Shown piece by piece: positions 1-7,357 of a stretch of DNA of 11,677 bases. The position numbers were made by a program, and so were the translations under genes. The DNA lies in assembly GCA_964247135.1 (NCBI GenBank), contig CAXTTL010000152.1, forward strand, positions 1 through 11,677, written 5' to 3'. Source of the DNA: an uncultured Deinococcales bacterium. Lineage in GTDB: Bacteria > Deinococcota > Deinococci > Deinococcales > JAAFIG01. The notes beneath the pieces were generated by a model, which did not search any database, was not told the DNA's origin, and saw nothing but the letters and a program-made list of their open reading frames with translations. Each line of letters starts with the position of its first letter. Position 1 is the stretch's first letter.

Positions 1-426
1 TCTGTCAAAATTGTTCTAGAGGTTGCACCGTGTGCGCTTGCCAGGATTGTCAAGCTCGAGCCTGAAGTCAAAAAAGCCAAAGCTGGCGATGTGGTTGGCG
101 TGAACGTGCGTTTGCAACCGTATCGCGGTACACCTGTGGTGCGCCGTGTGACGTTCAAAATCCCTGAATCTCAAGCCGAGGGCGCGTTAAAACTTCGGGT
201 GCGCGGTGGGCTAACCCCGCGTCCAGCCGACCCGAACGACTCCAACGACATTTTCGAGGGTGTGTTGACCTTCGAGGATTTGCTCGAGAAACTCAAGAAC
301 CGCCTCTCGAGCGAGAACATGTTCGTCGAATCGGGTTTTGGGCATGATACCGACATCATTGGCTTGGAAAAATTCGCCGATCCGGTGCTTGGTCTGATTC
401 CCTTCGAGATCACCGTGGTCAAGTAG
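1..426 (+). CDS. 3' part of a probable SpoIVB peptidase S55 domain-containing protein (5'-truncated by window)
   Basis: Frame is open from base 1 (SVKIVLEVAP...) to TAG at 424-426. The segment KAGDVVGVNVRLQPYRG...FKIP...GALKLRVRGG resembles the C-terminal region of S55-domain proteins. The catalytic domain is not in the window. Confidence 0.55.
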   Translation, partial: SVKIVLEVAPCALARIVKLEPEVKKAKAGDVVGVNVRLQPYRGTPVVRRVTFKIPESQAEGALKLRVRGGLTPRPADPNDSNDIFEGVLTFEDLLEKLKNRLSSENMFVESGFGHDTDIIGLEKFADPVLGLIPFEITVVK

Positions 427-465
427 CATCTCGAGTGCGGGTTTCAAGTTAAGCTGGGGGAACCT

Positions 466-1503
466 GTGAACAGAACCTTGACTTGGACCCGCGCAACCCT
501 GGCAAAACTTCTCGGCGGTGTGCTCGAGGGTGAGAACGCCAGCGTTGAAGCGATCAAAGAACCCAAAGATGCCACAGAGCACGACCTGACTTGCGTTTTG
601 CGTGAGCAGTATTTACCAGCCGCGCTCGACTCAGAGGCTGGGGTGCTGGTGGTTTCCACCGAGGTTAAAATCCCAGGCGCTCGAGCCGTGATTCGGGTTG
701 CGGACATCGAAACCGCCTGGGTTTCGTTACTGCGGGCGTTTGCCCCCAGCCTCGAGCGCAACCCTGGAATTCACCCTTCGGCGGTGGTTCACGAGACGGC
801 GCGGCTCGGGGCGGGCGTTTGCGTTGGCGCGAATGCGGTCATCGCTCGAGATGCTTTTATCGGAACGGGCAGTGTGATTGGGGCTGGAAGTTATATCGGT
901 GAACGTTCAACCCTGGGCGCAGATTGCCTGATTCACCCGAATGTCACGGTCTTGCACGACGTTCAAATGGGCGCTCGGGTCTTGGTGCAATCGGGCGCGG
1001 TGATCGGCTCGGACGGTTTTGGGTTTCAACGCACCAGCGAAAAACGCCACATTCGCCAAGAGCAAATTGGCGGCGTTTTGATCGAAGACGATGTCGAAAT
1101 TGGGGTGCACACCGTCATCGACCGTGGCACGATCACCACCATTCGGATTGGCGCAAGGACCAAAATTGGACCCGCCTGCATCATCGCGCACAACTCGAGC
1201 GTCGGTAGCGATTCGCTGTTGATTGGGGCGGTGCAACTGGCGGGTAGCGTGACCATTGAAGACCGTGTGGTGATGTGGGGACAGGTCGGCAGCGTCGGGC
1301 ATATTACGGTCGGCAGCGATTCGATGGTCACCGCGCAATCGGGTATTTCCAAAGACCTTGCGCCTGGCGGCACGTACCGAGGTTCGCCCGCCCAACCCAT
1401 CCGTGACCAGCTCAGGCTCGAGGCAAATCAACGTGAAATTGGCGGTTTGAAAGAAAAATTGCAGTCCCTCGCCGCCAAAATTACCGAACTCGAGTCCAAA
1501 TAG
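466..1503 (+). CDS. lpxD: UDP-3-O-acyl-glucosamine N-acyltransferase LpxD
   Basis: 345 aa with an N-terminal uridine-binding domain, hexapeptide left-handed beta-helix repeats (IHPSAVVHETARLG...), GSDGFGF, IDRG, catalytic IAHN, a GHI motif and a C-terminal helical extension. Confidence 0.95.
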   Translation: MNRTLTWTRATLAKLLGGVLEGENASVEAIKEPKDATEHDLTCVLREQYLPAALDSEAGVLVVSTEVKIPGARAVIRVADIETAWVSLLRAFAPSLERNPGIHPSAVVHETARLGAGVCVGANAVIARDAFIGTGSVIGAGSYIGERSTLGADCLIHPNVTVLHDVQMGARVLVQSGAVIGSDGFGFQRTSEKRHIRQEQIGGVLIEDDVEIGVHTVIDRGTITTIRIGARTKIGPACIIAHNSSVGSDSLLIGAVQLAGSVTIEDRVVMWGQVGSVGHITVGSDSMVTAQSGISKDLAPGGTYRGSPAQPIRDQLRLEANQREIGGLKEKLQSLAAKITELESK

Positions 1504-1576
1504 GGCACTTTATAATTTGAAAGTAAGACTTTGGATGAATTGAATGGTGTTTTTAAGGCGAAAACAGCCTCTGGCA

Positions 1577-1612
1577 TGATACGATGCGCCGTGGCATTTC
1601 TTGGGTGGGAGG
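1577..1612 (+). promoter_or_regulatory. Putative extended -10 (TGaTACGAT, 1577-1585) and Shine-Dalgarno (GGGAGG, 1607-1612) for lpxC
   Basis: Motifs read directly from the sequence. The SD lies 4 nt before the in-frame GTG at 1617. A perfect TATAAT also occurs at 1511-1516. Confidence 0.45.
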
Positions 1613-1616
1613 CTTC

Positions 1617-2468
1617 GTGAATACAACATTGCAAAAACTCGCGGAGAACGCTGCGGTCAACAATGCTATCCGTCCCTGGAATGGTCGAGGCGTCTCAAGT
1701 TGGATTCAAGGCATTGGCATACACTCGGGAGTCAACTCTCGAGTTCGTTTTTTGTCAGCTCCCAACGAACCGATTCGGATTCGCACCCAAAAAACCGAAA
1801 TCATGCTGGTCGCCGAGAGCGTGATCGACACGACGCTCGCCACCAAGCTCGGTTATCGCGGCGCCAGGGTTTCGACCGTCGAACACCTGCTGGCTGCCCT
1901 GTATGTGCTCGGGCATTGGCGCGGTTTTGTGATCGAGGTGGACGGTCCAGAAATCCCGATTCTCGACGGCAGCGGGCTGGGTTGGGCGCTCGCACTGGCA
2001 GAACTGACCCCAGAACCGACCCCAAACCCATTTAACCCTTACGACACCGCCGTCGAAATTCGGGGCGGTTACGTCGGACTGGAATCGTTCAAAGACGGTG
2101 AACCCATGCAGATCAGCGTCAGCGTCGGTTTCGCCCACCCCGCCATCGGCGAACAATCCTGGACGGGCAAACAAGCTGATTGGCTCAAGCTGCTCGACGC
2201 CAGAACCTTCGGTTTCGAGCGCGAGATTGAAAGGCTCTGGGCTTCGGGTCGCGGACTGGGCGCTCGAGCCGACAACGCCGTGGTTTACAACGAAACCGGA
2301 CCGAGCGTGCCAACCAGAGGCGCCGATGAGGTCGTGCGGCACAAAGCCCTGGATTTGCTGGGTGATTTGTACCTGGTCGGACGTCCACTGCAAGCCCACG
2401 TGGTTTCGGAACGCGCCAGCCACGAGGCGCACGTGGCTTTCGCGCTCGAGCTTCGTTCCCAAGGTTAA
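1617..2468 (+). CDS. lpxC: UDP-3-O-acyl-N-acetylglucosamine deacetylase LpxC
   Basis: Motifs GIGIHSG, TVEHLLAAL, EIPILDGS, ARTFGF, RHKALDLLGDL and a C-terminal ASH (catalytic His). GTG 1617 preferred as start because of the GGGAGG SD; ATG 1584 is the alternative. Confidence 0.93.
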   Translation: MNTTLQKLAENAAVNNAIRPWNGRGVSSWIQGIGIHSGVNSRVRFLSAPNEPIRIRTQKTEIMLVAESVIDTTLATKLGYRGARVSTVEHLLAALYVLGHWRGFVIEVDGPEIPILDGSGLGWALALAELTPEPTPNPFNPYDTAVEIRGGYVGLESFKDGEPMQISVSVGFAHPAIGEQSWTGKQADWLKLLDARTFGFEREIERLWASGRGLGARADNAVVYNETGPSVPTRGADEVVRHKALDLLGDLYLVGRPLQAHVVSERASHEAHVAFALELRSQG

Positions 2469-2480
2469 ATTAAAAATCTG

Positions 2481-2576
2481 GTAGGGTGCGCGTCTTGACC
2501 CTTACTACAGCACCTAGCGGGCTTGGGTCGCCGTGCGCACCGTCAGCCAAACGTTGGTGCGCAAGGCGCACCCTAC
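2481..2576. repeat. GTAG-type REP doublet (REPIN/BIME-like) between convergent genes
   Basis: GTAGGGTGCGC (2481-2491) and GCGCACCCTAC (2566-2576) are perfect inverted termini. The right unit reads GTAGGGTGCGCCTTGCGCACC on the minus strand (GTAG plus a 7-bp stem and 3-nt loop). The left unit has the same stem (GGTGCGC/GCGCACC, the latter at 2535-2541) around a 43-nt loop. Confidence 0.75.
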
Positions 2577-2610
2577 AGAATCGTGTCAGGGTCAGGCGTG
2601 TTGTCAGTTC

Positions 2611-2644
2611 AAAGAAGAGGCTCGAGATTTAAATTTCTCGAACC
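2611..2644 (-). terminator. Rho-independent terminator downstream of the molybdopterin oxidoreductase gene
   Basis: Minus strand reads GGTTCGAGA-aatttaaa-TCTCGAGCC (9-bp stem, one G-U pair) followed by TCTTCTTT, 8 nt after the stop codon. Confidence 0.65.
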
Positions 2645-2652
2645 ATTTATAT

Positions 2653-3249
2653 TTAATCGTCGCTGTAACGTTCTTGCTTCCAGGGGTCGCCGCGATCATG
2701 ATAGCCGTTGCGTTCCCAAAAACCGCGTTCGTCGTGGTCTAAAAACTCGAGTCCAGAAACCCATTTCGCAGACTTCCAAATGTACAGGTGCGGAATCACC
2801 AAACGCAGCGGTCCGCCGTGCTCGAGCGGCAATGGAGCGCCCTCGAGGGTGTGGGCGAAAAGGTTTTCTGGGCGGTTGAAATCTGAGATCGGCAAGTTGG
2901 TGGTGTAACCGCCGTAACAGTGAATCAAAACGTGCGTGGCGACTGGTTGAAGCGTCACTCGAGACATCAATTCTGGCACGGTGATGCCCGTCCAGGTGAC
3001 ATCGAGTTTTGACCAGTGCGTGACGCAATGAATGTCGTTGGTCAGCGTGGTTTGCGGCATGGCGTTTAACTCGTTCCAATCAAACGCGGTTTCGGTTGCC
3101 AAACCCCAGACCCGAATCCGCACGTTTTCGGGTTCGACCCGAGGGCTGGGACCGTAGGTCAGCACCGGAAAGCGCTCGGTAAGGGCTTGACCTGGCGGGG
3201 TGCGGCTGGCGAGGTCGTCGCTTGGTTTCTTAAAGAATTTTCCAAACAT
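2653..3249 (-). CDS. Sulfite-oxidase-family molybdopterin-binding oxidoreductase (YuiH-like, cytoplasmic)
   Basis: Motifs PPGQ..TERFPVL, IHCVTHWS (Mo-ligating Cys), EHGGPLRLVIPHLYIWKSAKW and GFWERNGYHDRGDPW. No Tat signal. Start at ATG 3249 (MFGKFFKKP), 5 nt after TGcTAACTT. Confidence 0.9.
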   Translation of the reverse strand: MFGKFFKKPSDDLASRTPPGQALTERFPVLTYGPSPRVEPENVRIRVWGLATETAFDWNELNAMPQTTLTNDIHCVTHWSKLDVTWTGITVPELMSRVTLQPVATHVLIHCYGGYTTNLPISDFNRPENLFAHTLEGAPLPLEHGGPLRLVIPHLYIWKSAKWVSGLEFLDHDERGFWERNGYHDRGDPWKQERYSDD

Positions 3250-3303
3250 GCCCCAAGTTAGCATCAAACGTTCAAGCTCGAGGTGGTTTGGGTTACGGAG
3301 TTG

Positions 3304-3816
3304 TTAAACTCGAGCGGCAATCAATTCTTGAAATTTCACAAAGGCTTGGGCGGTCACTTCGACATCCGCCAATGCGCGGTGACGCCCGTTGGGGACAAGT
3401 CCCAACCTCGAGCAAACCGCGTCAAGGTTGTGACTTCGTTCGCGCGGGAAAACACGCCTTGAAAGTTCGACGGTGCAAATGGCGTGTTTTGGAGGAATCA
3501 GGTTTAAACGCCCCGCATTTTCGCGGATGAAACCCATGTCAAAACTGGCATTGTGCGCGACCAGTTGCCGCCCAGCAATAAACTCGAGAAAGCCTGGCAG
3601 GGCGTTTTGAATGTTTGGCGCGTCGCGCACCATGCTGTCGCGGATGCCGTTGATGCGGGTGATGAAGTACGGGATGCTGCGCCCTGGGTTGACCAGTGTG
3701 TGAAAAACCTCGCCCGTCAAAACCCCGTCCTCCACGACCATCGCCCCAATCTCGAGAATCGCGTCTCTGGTGGGCGACAAACCTGTGGTTTCGAGGTCAA
3801 ATACGACGGCGGTCAT
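3304..3816 (-). CDS. Standalone DEDDh 3'-5' exonuclease (DNA polymerase III epsilon-like)
   Basis: ExoI VFDLETTG, ExoII AHNASFD and ExoIII HRALAD. Start placed at ATG 3816, 7 nt after TGaTAGGCT; ATG 3852 is the alternative. The ORF-track extension to 4143 overlaps the GNAT gene and is spurious. Confidence 0.9.
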   Translation of the reverse strand: MTAVVFDLETTGLSPTRDAILEIGAMVVEDGVLTGEVFHTLVNPGRSIPYFITRINGIRDSMVRDAPNIQNALPGFLEFIAGRQLVAHNASFDMGFIRENAGRLNLIPPKHAICTVELSRRVFPRERSHNLDAVCSRLGLVPNGRHRALADVEVTAQAFVKFQELIAARV

Positions 3817-3857
3817 CAACTCGAGCCTATCACTTTGCAGCGCTTTGGTCATGGGTT

Positions 3858-4370
3858 TTAAACTTTTCTTGACAAAATCAGGTCGCGTTGCGGGTCGCTG
3901 CCGAGTTGAAACACATGATCGCCAACCTCGAGAAAACCCATTTTCTGGTAAAAACGTTGCGCCCTTGGGTTGTGCTCCCAGACGCCCAACCAAATTTGGT
4001 CGGCATTTTTTGAAGCGACATGCTCGAGTAAAGTCTTCATCATGGTTTGTGCGATGCCCTGACCGTGCCAGGGCGAATCGACGTAAAAGCGCCTGATTTC
4101 GACTGGATTGCTTGCCTGCACGCAACTTGGGGCTGCCTGCCACGAAAGCTGAGTGTAAGCGATTAAGGCTTGTTCATGCTGGCAAACAAAGGTGTCCATC
4201 TCGGGATCAAGAATCTCTCGGGTTTGTATTTGGGCGCTGTAGGTGTCTTTGCAGTGCTGATCCATGTCGGCGCCGCTGTTGTCAGCCTCAAAAGTATCCC
4301 TGAAGGTTTTTTCGGCGAGGATTGCCAGCGCACTTGCATCCTTTGTTTCGGCTCTGCGAATCGACCACAT
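3858..4370 (-). CDS. GNAT family N-acetyltransferase (PaiA-like)
   Basis: 170 aa with EIRRFYV..WHGQGIA (acetyl-CoA motif A) and IWLGVWEHNPRAQRFYQKMGF...HVFQLGSDPQRD, typical of PaiA-like GNATs. Confidence 0.9.
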   Translation of the reverse strand: MWSIRRAETKDASALAILAEKTFRDTFEADNSGADMDQHCKDTYSAQIQTREILDPEMDTFVCQHEQALIAYTQLSWQAAPSCVQASNPVEIRRFYVDSPWHGQGIAQTMMKTLLEHVASKNADQIWLGVWEHNPRAQRFYQKMGFLEVGDHVFQLGSDPQRDLILSRKV

Positions 4371-4385
4371 GCGGATATTTTAAGC

Positions 4386-7202
4386 TTAAAGTTTGGGAAT
4401 AAATTGTGCCCGAGCCAAATCGATCCCAAATACCACCGTCAACCCGCCCCCAGGCGTGTCCTCGAGCCGCAAACTGCCGTCGGAAATCTCCAAGATGCGT
4501 TTGACCATCGCCAAGCCCACACCGGTGCCTTCGACGCTGGGGTCAAGCCTCGAGAATAAATCCAGGGCTTTGGTTTTCAGGGCGTTTGGAATGCCTGGTC
4601 CGTTGTCAGCCACGCTGAACTCGAGGGCGGTGTCGGTTTTTTCCCAGTTGATTTGAATGTCGCTGTTTGGTTTGGTGAATTTCACGGCATTGCCGATCAG
4701 GTTGGCAAAAAGTTGGTACAGGCGTTCTGGCGAGAAGGTCAGGGTCGGAAACTGCGTCGGTTGAATGATGCTCAGGTTTTTGGCGGCAATTTTGCCTTCG
4801 AGTTCTTGCAGCACCACCGCGATCACCTTGTCGACCTCGACGGCATCGAGGGTTTCGTCGATTCTTCCAATTCTGGAAAGCTCCAATAAACCGTTGACCA
4901 ACGCGGTCATGGTGTTGACGTTGGCGCGAAGCCTCGAGACAAAAAACTCGAGTTCGCTGGTGTCGCCCTCTTTTAAGCTTTCCTCGAGCAGGGTGCTCAT
5001 GCCCTCCAGGCTGACCATTGGGGCTTTCAGGTCGTGCGAGACGCTGTAAACAAAACTTTCCATCTCGGCGCTTTTTTCCTCCAGGGCGCGGTTGCGGGCT
5101 TCGAGTTCGGCTCGGGTGTTGGCACGCTCGAGCGCCAGCCCAATTGTGGCGGCGGCTCGAGCCATCAGGTCGCGTTCGCCAGGTCGCCACTCGCCGATTT
5201 CGGTTTCGCGTCCGACCGACAAGAGCGCGATCACCTGACCGTCTTCGGCTTTGACCGGTTCGATGCCGACGCTGACGCGCCTCGAGCGCATGTCTTCGAT
5301 GATGGTGTCGTTGTAGGTGGTGTCGTACCAGGCTTGGCGGGTTTCGACGATTTGTCTGGACAGAACGGTGTTGGTGATCGGCACCCCAGGTTTTTGAAAA
5401 TACCCGCTGTAGGCTTCGGGTAAATCGCCGTGAATGCCCATCGATTGCAAGAACACCCTGCCGTCCTGATGCTCGAGTTTGAGGATAATAATGTTCTTGG
5501 CGTTTAAAGCTGGCGCCAGCAGGCGCATGGCGGTTTCCGCGACCTCTTCGGCGGTCTGAACGGTTTGCAGGGCATCTGACAAGCCCGCCAAAAGTTCGGC
5601 TCGCGCCCTGGCTTGATGCAGCCGTTCGCGCACCCCAGCCCGCTCGAGCGCCAAACCGACCGTCGCGGCGGCTCGAGCCAGCAAATCTTTTTCGGTGATG
5701 CGCCAATCGCCCAATTTCGCATCGCGTCCTACGCTGAAAATGGCGACAATCTTGCCCTCAGAATCTCGGATCGGTTCGAGTCCCAAACTGACTTGGGCGC
5801 TGCCGCCAGAATCGTAAAACGCGTTGTTGGATTCGAGCACCAATTTGGTCAAACGGGTCTGCTCGAGTTGCACGCCACGGTTGACAAAATGCTGCTCGTA
5901 ACCTTTGGGCAGATCGCCCCAAGCGCCCGTGACCCGCAGTTGCAACTTGCCGCGCTGCTCATCGAGCTTGAGGGTAAAAATGTTGGTGGCGTGCAAGGTC
6001 GGACCCAGCAGGCGCATGGCGGTTTGCGCCACATCATCGGCGGTCTGGGCGCTTTGCAGGGCGTCCGAGAGCGCCGCCAAAAATTCTGCCCTGGCTCGAG
6101 CCTCAAACAGCGCCTCGGTGGTGTGAATTCGCTCGAGCGAAACCGCAATGGTGCGACCTGCGGCTGCCAGAAGATGCTTTTCAAATTCGCTCCAAGGGCG
6201 TTCACGGGCTGGGCGCAACGCCGCCAGGGCGCGGTTGCCGGCGATCAAATTCAGGTGTGATGGCAAAATCGGAATGACCGCCACAGCCCGAATGCCCGCC
6301 GTCAACCATTGACGAATCGGCGTTTGCGTGGCGGCGTAATCGTCAATAAAGCTTGGGTCGTTCGAGTGCAGCGCTTTTAACAAGGTTTGGTCATCAATTT
6401 GGTGCCAGGCGTTTAAATCTGCGGACTGGGCGATGGCTTCGTGTCCCTCAAAATCTTCAAAACGCAAATGCTGATCTTCCAGGACCGCAAAGCCCAAGCT
6501 GGCTCCGGCAAAATACGGTCTGAGCACCTCGAGCGCCGCGCGTTCCAAATCCCTGGCGTTTTGCACCCCCTCGAGCAACCTCGAGAGTGCCAGCAGGGCG
6601 CTGGCTTCTGGCGTTTGGGTGGTTTCTCGGGTTAATAAACGCTCGATGGGAATGGTCATCACGCGGGCGGTGGCAATCAGGGCGTAACGGCGCGAAGCGC
6701 CAAACGCCCGAACTTCACCGACCCGTCCCATCGCCAAAATGCCAAAGGTTCCTGCGGCGTTGGTCAAGGGCAAAAGCGCCAAACTCGAGGCTGGAATGCG
6801 TTTGAAAAGCTGATTTCCAGGGCTGTACTCGAGGTCATCGATAAACAAGGCGTGAGAGGTGTCAAAAACCGTCCAAATATCGTCGTTGGAGCGGTCATAC
6901 GACTCAATTCGGGCTTTGATACCCAGCGCCCCGCCCTGCCCAAATGCCGAGAGCAACTCGAGTTTGATGCCCTCGAGCGCGTAGAGCGCCACAAAATCCA
7001 CGTCAAAAACATCGTGGATTCCTGCCAGCAATTCCTCCAAGAGCACATCCAAAGCGGGACTGGAAATCAGCAGCGCCGTAAAACGCTCGAGCAGACTGGC
7101 GGGCAGTCGAACCTCGAGGTTTTCGCTGTCTGACGGTGCAAAATGGGTCATTGGCGCCGAAAATTCGGGCATGAGCGCTTGGTTTGGTTTTGGGCGCTTC
7201 AT
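4386..7202 (-). CDS. Cytoplasmic sensor histidine kinase with four GAF-like domains, HisKA and HATPase_c
   Basis: H-box FVYSVSHDLKAP, N-box LFANLIGNAVKF, G1 VADNGPGI, F-box LFSRL and G2 GTGVGLAMV. Four GAF-like segments each end in a helix of type (F/W)...LxxAAxx(I/V)xxxLER. No TM segment or receiver domain seen. The start could be a slightly downstream ATG. Confidence 0.9.
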   Translation of the reverse strand: MKRPKPNQALMPEFSAPMTHFAPSDSENLEVRLPASLLERFTALLISSPALDVLLEELLAGIHDVFDVDFVALYALEGIKLELLSAFGQGGALGIKARIESYDRSNDDIWTVFDTSHALFIDDLEYSPGNQLFKRIPASSLALLPLTNAAGTFGILAMGRVGEVRAFGASRRYALIATARVMTIPIERLLTRETTQTPEASALLALSRLLEGVQNARDLERAALEVLRPYFAGASLGFAVLEDQHLRFEDFEGHEAIAQSADLNAWHQIDDQTLLKALHSNDPSFIDDYAATQTPIRQWLTAGIRAVAVIPILPSHLNLIAGNRALAALRPARERPWSEFEKHLLAAAGRTIAVSLERIHTTEALFEARARAEFLAALSDALQSAQTADDVAQTAMRLLGPTLHATNIFTLKLDEQRGKLQLRVTGAWGDLPKGYEQHFVNRGVQLEQTRLTKLVLESNNAFYDSGGSAQVSLGLEPIRDSEGKIVAIFSVGRDAKLGDWRITEKDLLARAAATVGLALERAGVRERLHQARARAELLAGLSDALQTVQTAEEVAETAMRLLAPALNAKNIIILKLEHQDGRVFLQSMGIHGDLPEAYSGYFQKPGVPITNTVLSRQIVETRQAWYDTTYNDTIIEDMRSRRVSVGIEPVKAEDGQVIALLSVGRETEIGEWRPGERDLMARAAATIGLALERANTRAELEARNRALEEKSAEMESFVYSVSHDLKAPMVSLEGMSTLLEESLKEGDTSELEFFVSRLRANVNTMTALVNGLLELSRIGRIDETLDAVEVDKVIAVVLQELEGKIAAKNLSIIQPTQFPTLTFSPERLYQLFANLIGNAVKFTKPNSDIQINWEKTDTALEFSVADNGPGIPNALKTKALDLFSRLDPSVEGTGVGLAMVKRILEISDGSLRLEDTPGGGLTVVFGIDLARAQFIPKL

Positions 7203-7357
7203 GGCGATTCATAGACTAACCCAACACTCACAATTGTTTGTGAAATGGCAATTTTTTGATGTTGCAGACGCAAAAGTTTCACCACCATAATTTTCATTTT
7301 CGGCTCGGGCATTCGGGCTGACAATGCAAGAATCAAAAATGCGTTATCGTGCACAAC

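Noticed and set aside
2481-2607. tRNA, riboswitch or CRISPR interpretation of the structured lpxC 3' intergenic region, including short GTCAG repeats at 2583-2607
   Set aside because: No cloverleaf or T-loop, no recognisable aptamer, and no regularly spaced repeat-spacer units. A REP doublet explains the structure.
2653-3249. Calling the molybdoenzyme msrP (yedY)
   Set aside because: It lacks a Tat signal and an adjacent msrQ, and is only 198 aa; it fits the cytoplasmic YuiH-like group.
3817-4143. N-terminal 109-aa extension of the exonuclease ORF (3304..4143)
   Set aside because: It overlaps the well-supported GNAT gene in another frame and has no domain character. The ExoI motif begins right after ATG 3816, which has its own -10 box.
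4606-5706. 366-aa alternative-frame ORF, and other long antisense or shifted ORFs (e.g. 1755-2462, 5613-6260, 9150-9830, 10990-11672)
   Set aside because: Low-information, often Arg-rich translations overlapping clear genes; expected shadow ORFs in GC-rich DNA.
4386-7202. Bacteriophytochrome or cyanobacteriochrome identity for the GAF kinase
   Set aside because: No cysteine anywhere, and no PAS-GAF-PHY arrangement or DIP motif.
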